Source: a virus. Taken from it: a DNA stretch of 64,000 nucleotides. Positions 55,350 to 64,000 of the stretch are shown here, in pieces. The notes under the pieces were generated by a model, which saw nothing but the letters and a program-made list of their open reading frames with translations, searched no databases and had not been told where the DNA came from. Location of the stretch: the IMG/VR virus record IMGVR_UViG_3300044630_002434, positions 32,001 to 96,000 of that record, one strand, 5' to 3'. The position numbers were made by a program, and so were the translations under genes. How positions within the stretch are numbered: the stretch's first letter is position 1; every line of letters begins with the position of its first letter.

Positions 55350-56276
55350 TTAATCGCTACCTTTCTTGTCATTTTCGTAATATGAATAGGGGTCTCCCTC
55401 TTCAAACATTTCTGTCAATGCTTGTTCTCCTGCACTTCCATCGTCAAATAGAGTACATACAGTAAAGAACTGACACTTCCACTTACAGTCACGAGTCGCA
55501 TGAGGATACGCAACTGATGCATGGCTTGTACCTTCGTCAAGTGCTGTACGCACTCGCATTAGGTCTGCAATAGTACCGTGAATACGGTCCCAGAAAGAAC
55601 GCATCGTAAAGATGTTGTGCCTTACTTCAATCTGGTCATAAAACGGTGGTTTTGCCGAAGCAGTACGCTTTACTTTCTTGAGCATGGTAAAGATACCACC
55701 CTCTGAGCGTTCTCCCTCTTTATTCTGGAAAGATTCCAGAAGCATATATGTCATTACTTGCTCGTTCATTGGAGCAAGATTTGCAAAGTCTGAAAGTGAA
55801 CCACCAACAGTTTTAAAGTCACGGAACATACGAACATTGTCAATCTTGCGACGGACACGCATATCCAACTTACCTTGAAGTTCTACTTCACCATTGAATA
55901 GAGGAGCAATAATTGTCTCTTCTGTAGAAATCATTTCTAGTTCAGAGTCAATACCATTTTCTTCAACCCACTGCTCATAACCCTCAAGCATAATACGACC
56001 TAGTTCGGCTTCACCATCAAGAGTGTCAGTGTCGCGAAACTCTGAAATAAGAGTCTCTCTATCAAGGTCAACTAATCGAGAATGAGCCTTTAATAAAGGA
56101 ACACCATTTGCATAGTGGTCGTCAAGTGCAGCGTGGATACGAGAACCTAATGCAAGAGCACCTGTGTAGTCTTGATTACGAGGCTTGAGTCTACGGTAGT
56201 AAGTAAACCACCACCGTCTACGGCAATCTTTAAATGTTTGAATCTCTGAATTAGAGAGTCTAACTATTCCTGTCAT
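55350..56276 (-). CDS. PD-(D/E)xK Cas4/RecB-like exonuclease
   Basis: S.S....F..C.R.W, G..IH, GKLD...DFKT, Q...Y, C.W.C.F...C. Confidence 0.85.
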   Translation of the reverse strand: MTGIVRLSNSEIQTFKDCRRRWWFTYYRRLKPRNQDYTGALALGSRIHAALDDHYANGVPLLKAHSRLVDLDRETLISEFRDTDTLDGEAELGRIMLEGYEQWVEENGIDSELEMISTEETIIAPLFNGEVELQGKLDMRVRRKIDNVRMFRDFKTVGGSLSDFANLAPMNEQVMTYMLLESFQNKEGERSEGGIFTMLKKVKRTASAKPPFYDQIEVRHNIFTMRSFWDRIHGTIADLMRVRTALDEGTSHASVAYPHATRDCKWKCQFFTVCTLFDDGSAGEQALTEMFEEGDPYSYYENDKKGSD

Positions 56277-56297
56277 TATTCCGTCCTTATGTAGTCT

Positions 56298-58103
56298 TTA
56301 CAACTTACCTGATTTGTCTTGCTTTAGCAAGTCAAGTAATTTTGCTTTGTCGTGAACAATCTGCTCAAAGTTATCTGCCTTAGTTTCAAGAACTTGAAGC
56401 ACTCGTTCTTCAATAGTTCCTTCAGTCACATAGTCAGTAATAATTACTGAGTCGTGAATCTCTGAACCAATACGGTGCACACGGTCCATTGCTTGTTTGT
56501 GGTCAACTAGTGACCACGGACGTTGAAGCATAATCAAGCGACGAGCAGCAGTAAGAGTTACACCCACGCCACCAGCCTGAGCAGTAAACAGAATCCACTT
56601 AATTCGACCAGACTGGAAATCATCAATAGCCTGTTGGCGTTCATCTTCATCCTGAGCACCAGTAATCAAACCGTGTTGGATGTCAGCCTTTGTTAAAGCC
56701 TTGCTTAGAAGTTCAATTAACTGGCGTGATACAGCGCAAACGGCTACAGAGTCGTCTCCAAAGTCACCGTTTTTAATGTCGTCCATAAGTGAGTCAACCT
56801 TACAAGAAGGCTCTGACAAAACTGCACTAGGTTCTCCAGTAGTTTCGTTGACAACCATGTCAGCATAAGAACTAGCAAACTGAAGTAGTCGTATCGTCTG
56901 AGTAAGAACACTTGGTGCAGACAACGCTTCACCAGATTCAAGTTCAGCAATCATATGGTCACGCATTTGTTCGTAAGCCTTCTTTTGCTTAGTAGACATT
57001 TCTATATCGCGACGCTCATTTACTACATCTGGAAGCCAAGGCAAAACGCGAGCCTTAAGCATACGACGCATGTGGTGACTAATTGTTTTTTGGAATTCTT
57101 CTTCCATATGAGGCTTCACACCAATAACCATCATGCCACCAAAAGCATTCATCATAGTGTCAATCATTCGGTCAATCCATTTAGTTTTAGAAGACCAGTC
57201 TTCAGGAGAAAGCCAATGAAGAATAGACCACATATCAACAACATTATTTGCTATTGGAGTTCCTGTAAGAGCAAAACGAATTTTTGCATCTCCAGTTGCA
57301 GACCAAAGCGCACGGGTCTGCTTAGACTTAGGGTCTTTAGAACGATGAATCTCATCTGCAACTACAGACTTAAAATCAATCTGGTTTAGTTCTCTTTCGT
57401 GTACCTCACAACGATTCAAAGAAACTCTTTCGTCGTGACCGCCACAAGCAGAGCAACGCGCTAAAGCAATAGAACCATAAGGAGCAAGCCTTGAGTGAGT
57501 ACGCAAAGATTCCCAGTTAATAATGTATACATCTGCTGGGGTATCGAACTGCTTCTTACGCTGAGTAGTAGTTCCCTTAATTACTTGTGTAGTTACTTCG
57601 GGATACCAGCGAGCAAACTCTCGTGCCCAGTTCTTTTTTAGAGTGTTTGGGCAAACAATAAGAGCAGGAAATGAGTCCTCGCCTTGTTCCTTAAGTTCCT
57701 TAAGTGCGCGAATAGCCTGAGCAGTCTTACCTAAGCCCGGCTCGTCAGCAAGCAAAGCACGCTTTGCAGTTGCTAAAAACTTAACGCCAGCACGCTGATG
57801 AGGAAATAGGTCCTCGTTCTTTGGGTCAGCAAACTCTTCTAAGTCACGCAACTCGTTTGCTGGGGCGATACGGGAAGTTAGTTGAGTATTAGCCCAACCA
57901 GTGAGGTCCTCATTAATTATTAAATCATCACGGAATGTAGAACGTAAGGCTAAGCAACTAGACCAACTAAGTGGGATACGCCAAACTTGGTCCGAAGCAG
58001 ACCAAGAAGAACCTGGAATGCTTTTACATAATTCTTTATACCGCCACTCAACATCTAAACGAATATGTTTTCCGCTAGGGTCAAGACTTGCTGTTACTGG
58101 CAT
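56298..58103 (-). CDS. SNF2-family helicase
   Basis: ADEPGLGKT, DE.H, LTGTP..N, G.GVTLT.A, QA.DR.HRIG. Confidence 0.92.
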   Translation of the reverse strand: MPVTASLDPSGKHIRLDVEWRYKELCKSIPGSSWSASDQVWRIPLSWSSCLALRSTFRDDLIINEDLTGWANTQLTSRIAPANELRDLEEFADPKNEDLFPHQRAGVKFLATAKRALLADEPGLGKTAQAIRALKELKEQGEDSFPALIVCPNTLKKNWAREFARWYPEVTTQVIKGTTTQRKKQFDTPADVYIINWESLRTHSRLAPYGSIALARCSACGGHDERVSLNRCEVHERELNQIDFKSVVADEIHRSKDPKSKQTRALWSATGDAKIRFALTGTPIANNVVDMWSILHWLSPEDWSSKTKWIDRMIDTMMNAFGGMMVIGVKPHMEEEFQKTISHHMRRMLKARVLPWLPDVVNERRDIEMSTKQKKAYEQMRDHMIAELESGEALSAPSVLTQTIRLLQFASSYADMVVNETTGEPSAVLSEPSCKVDSLMDDIKNGDFGDDSVAVCAVSRQLIELLSKALTKADIQHGLITGAQDEDERQQAIDDFQSGRIKWILFTAQAGGVGVTLTAARRLIMLQRPWSLVDHKQAMDRVHRIGSEIHDSVIITDYVTEGTIEERVLQVLETKADNFEQIVHDKAKLLDLLKQDKSGKL

Positions 58104-58188
58104 TTTTTTCCTTCTTCGATGTCATTTTGTCCGTAGAGAGATACTAGCACATATTTTGTTAAATGCAATAATTTCTTGCTAGTACTTT

Positions 58189-58659
58189 TTATTGTAGTAG
58201 TTGTCTTGGTATCCAGCCAGTCTTAACTAGTCTTAGTAATCCATGCCTAATTGCATCATTAGCATGACCTTCTCCGCTTTTGTGCCAGTATTTAAGTGTT
58301 TTTAAGGCTTCGTTTGGGAACATTTTCTTTGCATCAGCAGGGCTTTGCCAAAAAATACCTTCTCGGTCTAAGCCAAAATCTTGAAGGATTTGCTTAAGAA
58401 CACCAATTTGTTCCAAACTGTACGGCGCTTGAGAATTTCTAACAGTTTGAGCATTAATTGTAAATTTTTCGCATACTACGCTAAATGTATCGTATTCATA
58501 TCCAATATCTTCTAGTATTTTTCTAACGACATTGGCAAATTCTTCAGGCTGTACTTCACATGAATATAAAATTTCTGGCTCTTTGTTAGTTGTCATAGAT
58601 AGCAAAGCAACTCCTGTTGCTTTTCCAGGGTCTACTGATAAAACATATTTAGTTTGCAT
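58189..58659 (-). CDS. RuvC-like Holliday junction resolvase
   Basis: SVDPG..TG, V.E, E.IG, H..DA.RH. Confidence 0.8.
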   Translation of the reverse strand: MQTKYVLSVDPGKATGVALLSMTTNKEPEILYSCEVQPEEFANVVRKILEDIGYEYDTFSVVCEKFTINAQTVRNSQAPYSLEQIGVLKQILQDFGLDREGIFWQSPADAKKMFPNEALKTLKYWHKSGEGHANDAIRHGLLRLVKTGWIPRQLLQ

Positions 58660-60487
58660 ATTTAACTCCCCAATTTTCCATTGGTCCATCTATACCTGAG
58701 GTGAGCGGAACTGCCCATCCTTCAGTTGTTGTCATACATTGTTGAACGGTACGCATTACTTCCTCAACTTGGTCTCGCGGACAGTTAAGAACAATTTCAT
58801 CGTGCACAGGAACAATTAAAAGTTCTGTTAAATCTGCTTGGTCAAGTTTGATTAAGTTTGACTTAAAGACTTCAGCAGCGCCACCCTGAATAAGATAATT
58901 TGTCAAAGTGTAAGTGCGGTCATCATCGCAGGGTAGACGGCGACCAGTCCAAGTGTGAACATAGCCTTGACCTTCAGAACGAAGACGGCGCATACCAATG
59001 TCTTCAATTTTTTTCTGGAAAGAAATCATTCCCGGATAGTTGAGGTCAAACGAATCGGAAACCGCTCGCATCTGAGATTCTGGTACGCCAGCAGTAAGTG
59101 CTTGTTTAGCCACACCAGCGCCATACAAACGACCGTAAACAACACCCTTAATAAGGTTGCGTCGCTTGTCCGAGCGAGACATATTAGGTTCTTGATAAAC
59201 CTCACGACCAATTTCAGTAAACGGGTCAGAGCCAGTTGCATCAGAGCGGTGGAAAAGATGAATTAAGTTCGGGTCTTGAGACAACGAAGCAAACATACGA
59301 AACTCAACTTGGTCAAGGTCAGAAGTCACAATAACGTGGTCATCATCTTTAGGTAAGAACGCGGTACGAACTACATCGTCACCCTTTGGAAGAGTCTGAA
59401 GTGCTGGGTCAGTAATAGACATACGACCAGTACGCGCACCCATAGTCTTTACGGATGGGTGGACAAACCCATCTACGTTTTTGTTAATAAAGTTAAGAAA
59501 ATAACTTCCAGCAATTTTGTCTGCTTTTCTTTGTTTTAGAGCAGTTGCTGCTAGTTCTTTTACTTCGTCATTTCCTGTAATAGTAAGAAGTTTAAGTTGG
59601 TCTTTGGTTACTGCTTTATTTCCTGTAGGAGTGAACTCAGTGATTTCAGCGCCAAGACTCTCAAACAAACGAACCAACTGCATATTGCTAGTTATAGAAG
59701 TTCCGTTGTATGTCTTTTTACACCAATCTTTGACCGATTCGGTGTAGTCAGACAGTTCTTGGTATTTACGTCTTGAGTACTCAACATTTACGCGAGCGCC
59801 GTTGATTTCCATGCGCGTTACAATTTTTCGCGCTGCCATTTCAATTTCATAGGCTCTGTTGTATGGACCCTGTGGACCACATTGCTCATAAAACTGCTCC
59901 CACAAACGCATTGTTAGAACAGTATCGAGAGCGCCATAAGACCAGTAAGGTTGAAAGTTTGTAGGAACAGTTCCCCAAGTCCAACCATTCTGAGAAAGAG
60001 AAACATCAAGAGTGTCTTGTAACGCCACTGCGCGAGGGTCTACATAACGCGAAGCCAAACGCTTAAGAGCGCCAGAGCCTAGTGGGTCAATAATCTGAGC
60101 CATAATCATTGTGTCGTGAGCACGATGCCAAGGCATATCCCACTTTGAGTTGACAGCAAACCAACGCGCCTCAAAAGCAATATTGTGGCACACAATCTGT
60201 CCTTCATATCGGCTCATCGCCTCATAGAAGACACCAGACCATTCAAGCCAAGGAATAGACCAACCTTGTTCACCATCGCCAACTTGAACTAAACGAATAT
60301 CTCCATGCCAAGGAGAAAGCGCATCAGAGCGTTCACCGCCACGGCGTTCGCCAGTTTCAATATCAACTGCAACAGCATCGTATGGACGACGTTGCCCAAG
60401 CCAAGTTAAAAATTCAGAAGCCTTTTCTACAGAGTCAACTAAATGTAGTTGTACTTTAGAAAGGTCTGTCGTTTGTATTTCTGTCAT
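58649..60487 (-). CDS. polA: DNA polymerase family A (3'-5' exonuclease plus polymerase)
   Basis: DIETG, HN..FE, Y.ALD, TGRMS..P.LQ, D..Q.E.R, K...YG..YG, QG.AA, VHDE. Confidence 0.95.
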   Translation of the reverse strand: MTEIQTTDLSKVQLHLVDSVEKASEFLTWLGQRRPYDAVAVDIETGERRGGERSDALSPWHGDIRLVQVGDGEQGWSIPWLEWSGVFYEAMSRYEGQIVCHNIAFEARWFAVNSKWDMPWHRAHDTMIMAQIIDPLGSGALKRLASRYVDPRAVALQDTLDVSLSQNGWTWGTVPTNFQPYWSYGALDTVLTMRLWEQFYEQCGPQGPYNRAYEIEMAARKIVTRMEINGARVNVEYSRRKYQELSDYTESVKDWCKKTYNGTSITSNMQLVRLFESLGAEITEFTPTGNKAVTKDQLKLLTITGNDEVKELAATALKQRKADKIAGSYFLNFINKNVDGFVHPSVKTMGARTGRMSITDPALQTLPKGDDVVRTAFLPKDDDHVIVTSDLDQVEFRMFASLSQDPNLIHLFHRSDATGSDPFTEIGREVYQEPNMSRSDKRRNLIKGVVYGRLYGAGVAKQALTAGVPESQMRAVSDSFDLNYPGMISFQKKIEDIGMRRLRSEGQGYVHTWTGRRLPCDDDRTYTLTNYLIQGGAAEVFKSNLIKLDQADLTELLIVPVHDEIVLNCPRDQVEEVMRTVQQCMTTTEGWAVPLTSGIDGPMENWGVKYAN

Positions 60488-60506
60488 TTTGTATTGTCCT
60501 TGCTAG

Positions 60507-60980
60507 TTAAGGAATAATTTCTACCTTATAAACCTGTTCTATTTTTTTGTCTTTTTTAGAAGCATCTTCTAAAAGTCTTTGTGCAACCTTTGTAAGATAT
60601 CTTGCCCCACCATCATCATATTTGTAAAGCGCTTCAAGAACTGCTTCTGGGTCGTCAGAAACTTGAGCCCAAGTACGGTTCTTTTCAGGGAAAACTACTG
60701 GGACTCCAACAAGAGTTGGGACGCACTCTTCGCAACCAACTGCATCTTCAACAATAGAGTTAGTTGAAACTTCAACTAATCCGTATTTTCTGACAAGTGG
60801 GCAAACAGAGCCATGATAAACAAGTGAAACACCGATGCGAGAAAGGACATAAGAACCATTATCTGTTTGATACAAGGCAAACTCAATCCAACGAGTAGAA
60901 CCTTTACGCCAAGAAGTCGATTCTCCGAGAAGTCTGCCGTTAAATTGCAGAGTTCTAGAACCGTCTTTTACTTCATACAT
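60507..60980 (-). CDS. conserved actinophage-type hypothetical protein
   Basis: F.G.LL...S...RW.E..LY.T..G.YV pattern. Confidence 0.7.
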   Translation of the reverse strand: MYEVKDGSRTLQFNGRLLGESTSWRKGSTRWIEFALYQTDNGSYVLSRIGVSLVYHGSVCPLVRKYGLVEVSTNSIVEDAVGCEECVPTLVGVPVVFPEKNRTWAQVSDDPEAVLEALYKYDDGGARYLTKVAQRLLEDASKKDKKIEQVYKVEIIP

Positions 60981-60982
60981 CT

Positions 60983-61225
60983 TTACTCCGCAGGTGGAGT
61001 TGGCTCAGGATGCGTCCATGAATCATCTTCATTAAGAATAGAGCCAATGTTTACATAAACATATTCTGGAAGGTCTCGACCATTTTCGTCTTGAGAGCCT
61101 TCAGCATTTTTAGGATGCGCCATTAAAGATAAACCTTCGCCAGGATTATATTCTGCAACACCATCATAAACAATAATGTTTACAACTTTGTTGTTTTCAT
61201 TTAGCACTAAGTACTTATCACTCAT
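60983..61225 (-). CDS. small tail-fibre-associated protein
   Basis: V.N.IV...IG...W pattern downstream of Gly-rich genes. Confidence 0.6.
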   Translation of the reverse strand: MSDKYLVLNENNKVVNIIVYDGVAEYNPGEGLSLMAHPKNAEGSQDENGRDLPEYVYVNIGSILNEDDSWTHPEPTPPAE

Positions 61226-61241
61226 CTTTTGTCCTTATCTC

Positions 61242-62141
61242 TTACGCTAAGTACCATGTTATCACAACTACAATACCTGGAGCCCCTGAAGCACCGAAAT
61301 AGAAAAAACCACCACCAGTAGAGTCTATAGAACCTCCACCGCCACCGCCACCGTAAGAATTTCCTGCAGACGGAGTAAATGAAGCGTTTGGCGAACCGCC
61401 TTTTCCACCAGAAGCAGGAACAGCCATTCCCGTAGGAGAAGAGTTTGGGTTGCTTATAGAGTGTGAAACAGCGTTACCGCCGTCTCCTCCGACTACAGGA
61501 GAGCCTGGAGCGCCTATACCGCCACTGCCTCCACCACCAGCGGCTCCATAAGAAGGATTACCTGGACCACCATATAAATTAGAATAAGTGCCAGAAAAAG
61601 AGCCTCCATCAGGATTTGCTCCGCTACCTCCACTAAACATACCAGTGCCACCAAATCCACCATAACTAAGTCCTACTTGATGACCAGCGCCAGCACCGCC
61701 TCCTGCTTTTACACCACCACTTGACCCAAAACTAGAGTCTCCTCCGTTTGAAGCAGTACCATAGTCAAGATAGGTAGTTCCGCCAGCACCACCTGTTCCG
61801 ACAGTCACAGTTACAGTTGAGCCTAGAATGACGGCATCGTATGTGTAATAAGACATACCTCCGCCTCCGCCGCCACCACCATTATAATAAGAGGTGCTAC
61901 CAAAGAAAGTAGTAATGCTTGAGGTATCCCCACCGCCACCGCCACCAATGCAAACAACAGAAACTACATCAGCATTTGCAGGTTTTGTCCAAGTACCTGA
62001 AGAAGTAAATGCTTCTACAGTTACTCCACCAAGTTTTTGCCAATCAATAAGTTCCCAAGCGCCCTTGGATGAAACATACTCCCACGTGACGTTATTAATT
62101 GTGTATTGCTCGCCATTGTCAGGACTAGAAGGAAAAGTCAT
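61242..62141 (-). CDS. glycine-rich tail/virion protein
   Basis: MTFPSSP.NG N-terminus; FT.SGTWTKP; CIGGGGGG; G.VVV. Confidence 0.75.
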   Translation of the reverse strand: MTFPSSPDNGEQYTINNVTWEYVSSKGAWELIDWQKLGGVTVEAFTSSGTWTKPANADVVSVVCIGGGGGGDTSSITTFFGSTSYYNGGGGGGGGMSYYTYDAVILGSTVTVTVGTGGAGGTTYLDYGTASNGGDSSFGSSGGVKAGGGAGAGHQVGLSYGGFGGTGMFSGGSGANPDGGSFSGTYSNLYGGPGNPSYGAAGGGGSGGIGAPGSPVVGGDGGNAVSHSISNPNSSPTGMAVPASGGKGGSPNASFTPSAGNSYGGGGGGGSIDSTGGGFFYFGASGAPGIVVVITWYLA

Positions 62142-62146
62142 TTAAA

Positions 62147-63028
62147 TCACCCATACCAAACTGTAACAAAACAAGCACCACTTGCACCAGCACCGCCAGC
62201 ACCGCCAGCACCTGTTGCTCCAGCAGTAGAGCCTTCACCGCCACCGCCGCCACCGCCTCCATAAAGACCTCCAGCACCTGCAGCAGAAACTGTTGTAGTA
62301 GTAGAAACTCTTCCGTTACCACCAGAACCTGGACCTCTTAAAGTAGCGTTGCTTGTTCCTGCGCTACCAGCAGTCCCCGATTGAGTCAGGTTAAAAGCAC
62401 TTGGAACAGAACCTAAACCAAAAAATTCGCCACCACCGCCACCGCCACCGCCAGCGACTCCATTTAATCCATCTGCCTCATACGAGGCATTTCCTCCAGA
62501 ACTACCCCTAAACATACCTAAACCACCAGCACCACCAATTTGAGGTGAGGCGGTCCCCCCTAAACCATTAGCACCACCGTAGGCATAAAGGAATGTTCCA
62601 AAAGATGTTGTTCCACCAGAAGTTCCGTTGTTACCGTCAAGAGCAGTTGTTCCTGATGCAGTTGCTGCGCCAGCAGAACCACCTGCTCCCACGGTTACAG
62701 TAATTGATGCATCTACACCGCCAAGGTCTTCTGCTCTAAATAAATATCTTGACAGTCCTCCACCACCGCCGCCACCGCCACCTCTATCACCAGAGAGGTT
62801 ACGAGCACCACCGCCACCGCCACCGCCACCGCCAATGCAAGTTACTTCAACAACTTTTGCTCCAGCAGGAACTATAAATGTGGCACTAGCAGTTAGTGCT
62901 GTTACTGTAGGTGCAATTAACTCATTAAAACTGGTGACTTCCCAAGAGTTTGTAGCAGAATAGTAAGTATAAGTAATGTTATCTAAAACATCTGTTTGTC
63001 CGTTTGTTGGGCTAGAGGGAAAAGTCAT
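62147..63028 (-). CDS. glycine-rich tail/virion protein, paralog
   Basis: Same MTFPSSP.NG start and Gly-rich domain. Confidence 0.75.
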   Translation of the reverse strand: MTFPSSPTNGQTDVLDNITYTYYSATNSWEVTSFNELIAPTVTALTASATFIVPAGAKVVEVTCIGGGGGGGGGARNLSGDRGGGGGGGGGLSRYLFRAEDLGGVDASITVTVGAGGSAGAATASGTTALDGNNGTSGGTTSFGTFLYAYGGANGLGGTASPQIGGAGGLGMFRGSSGGNASYEADGLNGVAGGGGGGGGEFFGLGSVPSAFNLTQSGTAGSAGTSNATLRGPGSGGNGRVSTTTTVSAAGAGGLYGGGGGGGGEGSTAGATGAGGAGGAGASGACFVTVWYG

Positions 63029-63030
63029 AA

Positions 63031-63999
63031 TTATTCATACCAAATCGTGAGAAAAACACAACCTTGAGCGCCAGCGCGACCAATAGCACCACCAAAACCA
63101 GAAGCACCAGCACCACCACCGCCACCTCCACCGCCATAAAGGTTACCAGGAGAACCAATAGTACCGAAATTAGTAGATGAACCAAGACCACCACCGCCAC
63201 CTGCGCCAGGGTTTATAGTAGATGTTGTCCAAAGTAAAGGCGCGACGTTTCCATTTCCACCAATACTAGAAGTGTGATTCCCACCACCGCTACCACCTCC
63301 GCGAGCGCCAGTTGAAATTGCAGGAGAGTCATTTGAGCCAGTATCTAAACCTGCGCCGCCTGCGCCGCCAGTAAACATTCCTATACCGCCAGAGCCCTCT
63401 TGACCTAAGGTTGTTCCTCCAGTAAAACCAGCACTACCACCAGCAGCAATTAATGTTCCTAATGAGCCAGAGTCAGCAATTTTAAAACTTGAAGTTCCGC
63501 CACCGCTACCGCTACCGCTACCACCAGCGCCAACTGTGATAACTGCAGTAGTTTGATACCCAGAAATTAAATTGTATGTGTGAATAGACATACCTCCGCC
63601 ACCACCGCCACCTCCGCCAGCAACACTTGTACCAGAACCTCCCATACCACCTGCTCCTCCGCCACCAATAACTACGGCATGAATTGCGCGAGCACTAGTT
63701 GGAATAGTCCAAGAAGAAACGGAAGAAGTAAAAAGATGTGTTGTTGGAGCCTTTTTAGGGATGGACGTATCTATTTCCCAACGGTTGTCCGTGGCATTGT
63801 AGGTATAGCGAGTTCCAGTGTTGTTAAAGTTGTATACGTATGCAGCGCCTTGCCCTCCCGTTGGAGAAGTGTCTTCACCAGAAGCACCGATTAATGCAAT
63901 GTTACCGTCTGAAGAAAGTGCGACTGACCAACCAAACTCGTCACCAGATGCGCGGTCTGATGCTACAAGTTTTTGTTTTTGAGTCCAAGTAACACCCGA
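63031..63999 (-). CDS. FG-GAP-repeat plus glycine-rich tail/virion protein (5' end outside the window)
   Basis: Frame stays open to the window end; hand translation gives WTQKQKLVASD...DEFGWSVALSSDG..ALIGA..ED...GAAYVY, then the Gly-rich domain. Confidence 0.8.
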   Translation of the reverse strand, partial: SGVTWTQKQKLVASDRASGDEFGWSVALSSDGNIALIGASGEDTSPTGGQGAAYVYNFNNTGTRYTYNATDNRWEIDTSIPKKAPTTHLFTSSVSSWTIPTSARAIHAVVIGGGGAGGMGGSGTSVAGGGGGGGGGMSIHTYNLISGYQTTAVITVGAGGSGSGSGGGTSSFKIADSGSLGTLIAAGGSAGFTGGTTLGQEGSGGIGMFTGGAGGAGLDTGSNDSPAISTGARGGGSGGGNHTSSIGGNGNVAPLLWTTSTINPGAGGGGGLGSSTNFGTIGSPGNLYGGGGGGGGAGASGFGGAIGRAGAQGCVFLTIWYE

Positions 64000-64000
64000 A

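Noticed and set aside
55350-56276. Cas4-like gene as part of a CRISPR-Cas system
   Set aside because: It sits in a standard phage recombination module with Sak4-like and SSB genes; no other cas genes or array
28362-60487. Introns or inteins in nrdJ, terL, primase, helicase or polA; stop-codon recoding
   Set aside because: Reading frames are continuous and of ordinary length under code 11, and all three stop codons are used
14412-63894. Numerous antisense or out-of-frame ORFs (e.g. 14412-14732, 17522-17959, 20503-20961, 56955-57389, 62628-62963)
   Set aside because: They shadow well-supported genes, lack SD or promoter support, and have no recognisable motifs
61242-63999. Diversity-generating retroelement or microsatellites in the tail-like genes
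   Set aside because: No reverse transcriptase or TR/VR pair seen; the CCA/CCG runs simply encode poly-Gly

Overview
The whole window reads as part of a large, apparently lytic, tailed dsDNA phage genome. The host is probably an actinobacterium (two WhiB genes, a ClgR-like regulator, DUF3039, r1t-type holin, MSMEG_6728-like glycosylase), and the modest GC content would fit a freshwater one. Part A (1-21.4 kb, minus strand) is an early/host-takeover-like array of about 50 tiny genes. Most are built as units of sigmaA promoter, 5' leader hairpin, Shine-Dalgarno (SD), ORF and terminator. It also holds a MoxR-AAA/vWA pair, an Ntn (HslV/proteasome-like) protease, an atypical tRNA-Tyr, candidate structured RNAs and two dispersed DNA motif families. 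Part B (20-23.4 kb) has a TerS-like gene, a holin, a compositional skew flip and an origin-like region with DnaA boxes. Part C (23.4-45 kb) has nucleotide metabolism genes (nrdJ, thyX, dCMP deaminase, PNK phosphatase), candidate DNA/glycan modification enzymes, cell-wall hydrolases, a serine recombinase, a lectin-bearing surface protein and terminase large subunit. Part D (45-64 kb) has primase-helicase, WhiBs, a recombination module, SNF2 helicase, RuvC, PolA and Gly-rich tail-like proteins. The best candidate for a new system is an RNA-level control circuit: two phage small RNAs (about 2175-2300 and 34634-34815) display anti-SD C/U-rich loops complementary both to the SD sequences and to conserved purine pentaloops in the early-gene leaders. 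It sits on a cassette array that appears to be shuffled by crossovers inside promoter spacers (exact 248-bp duplication bounded by a -10 and a -35 box). All calls come from reading the sequence by eye; no database searches or folding programs were run.
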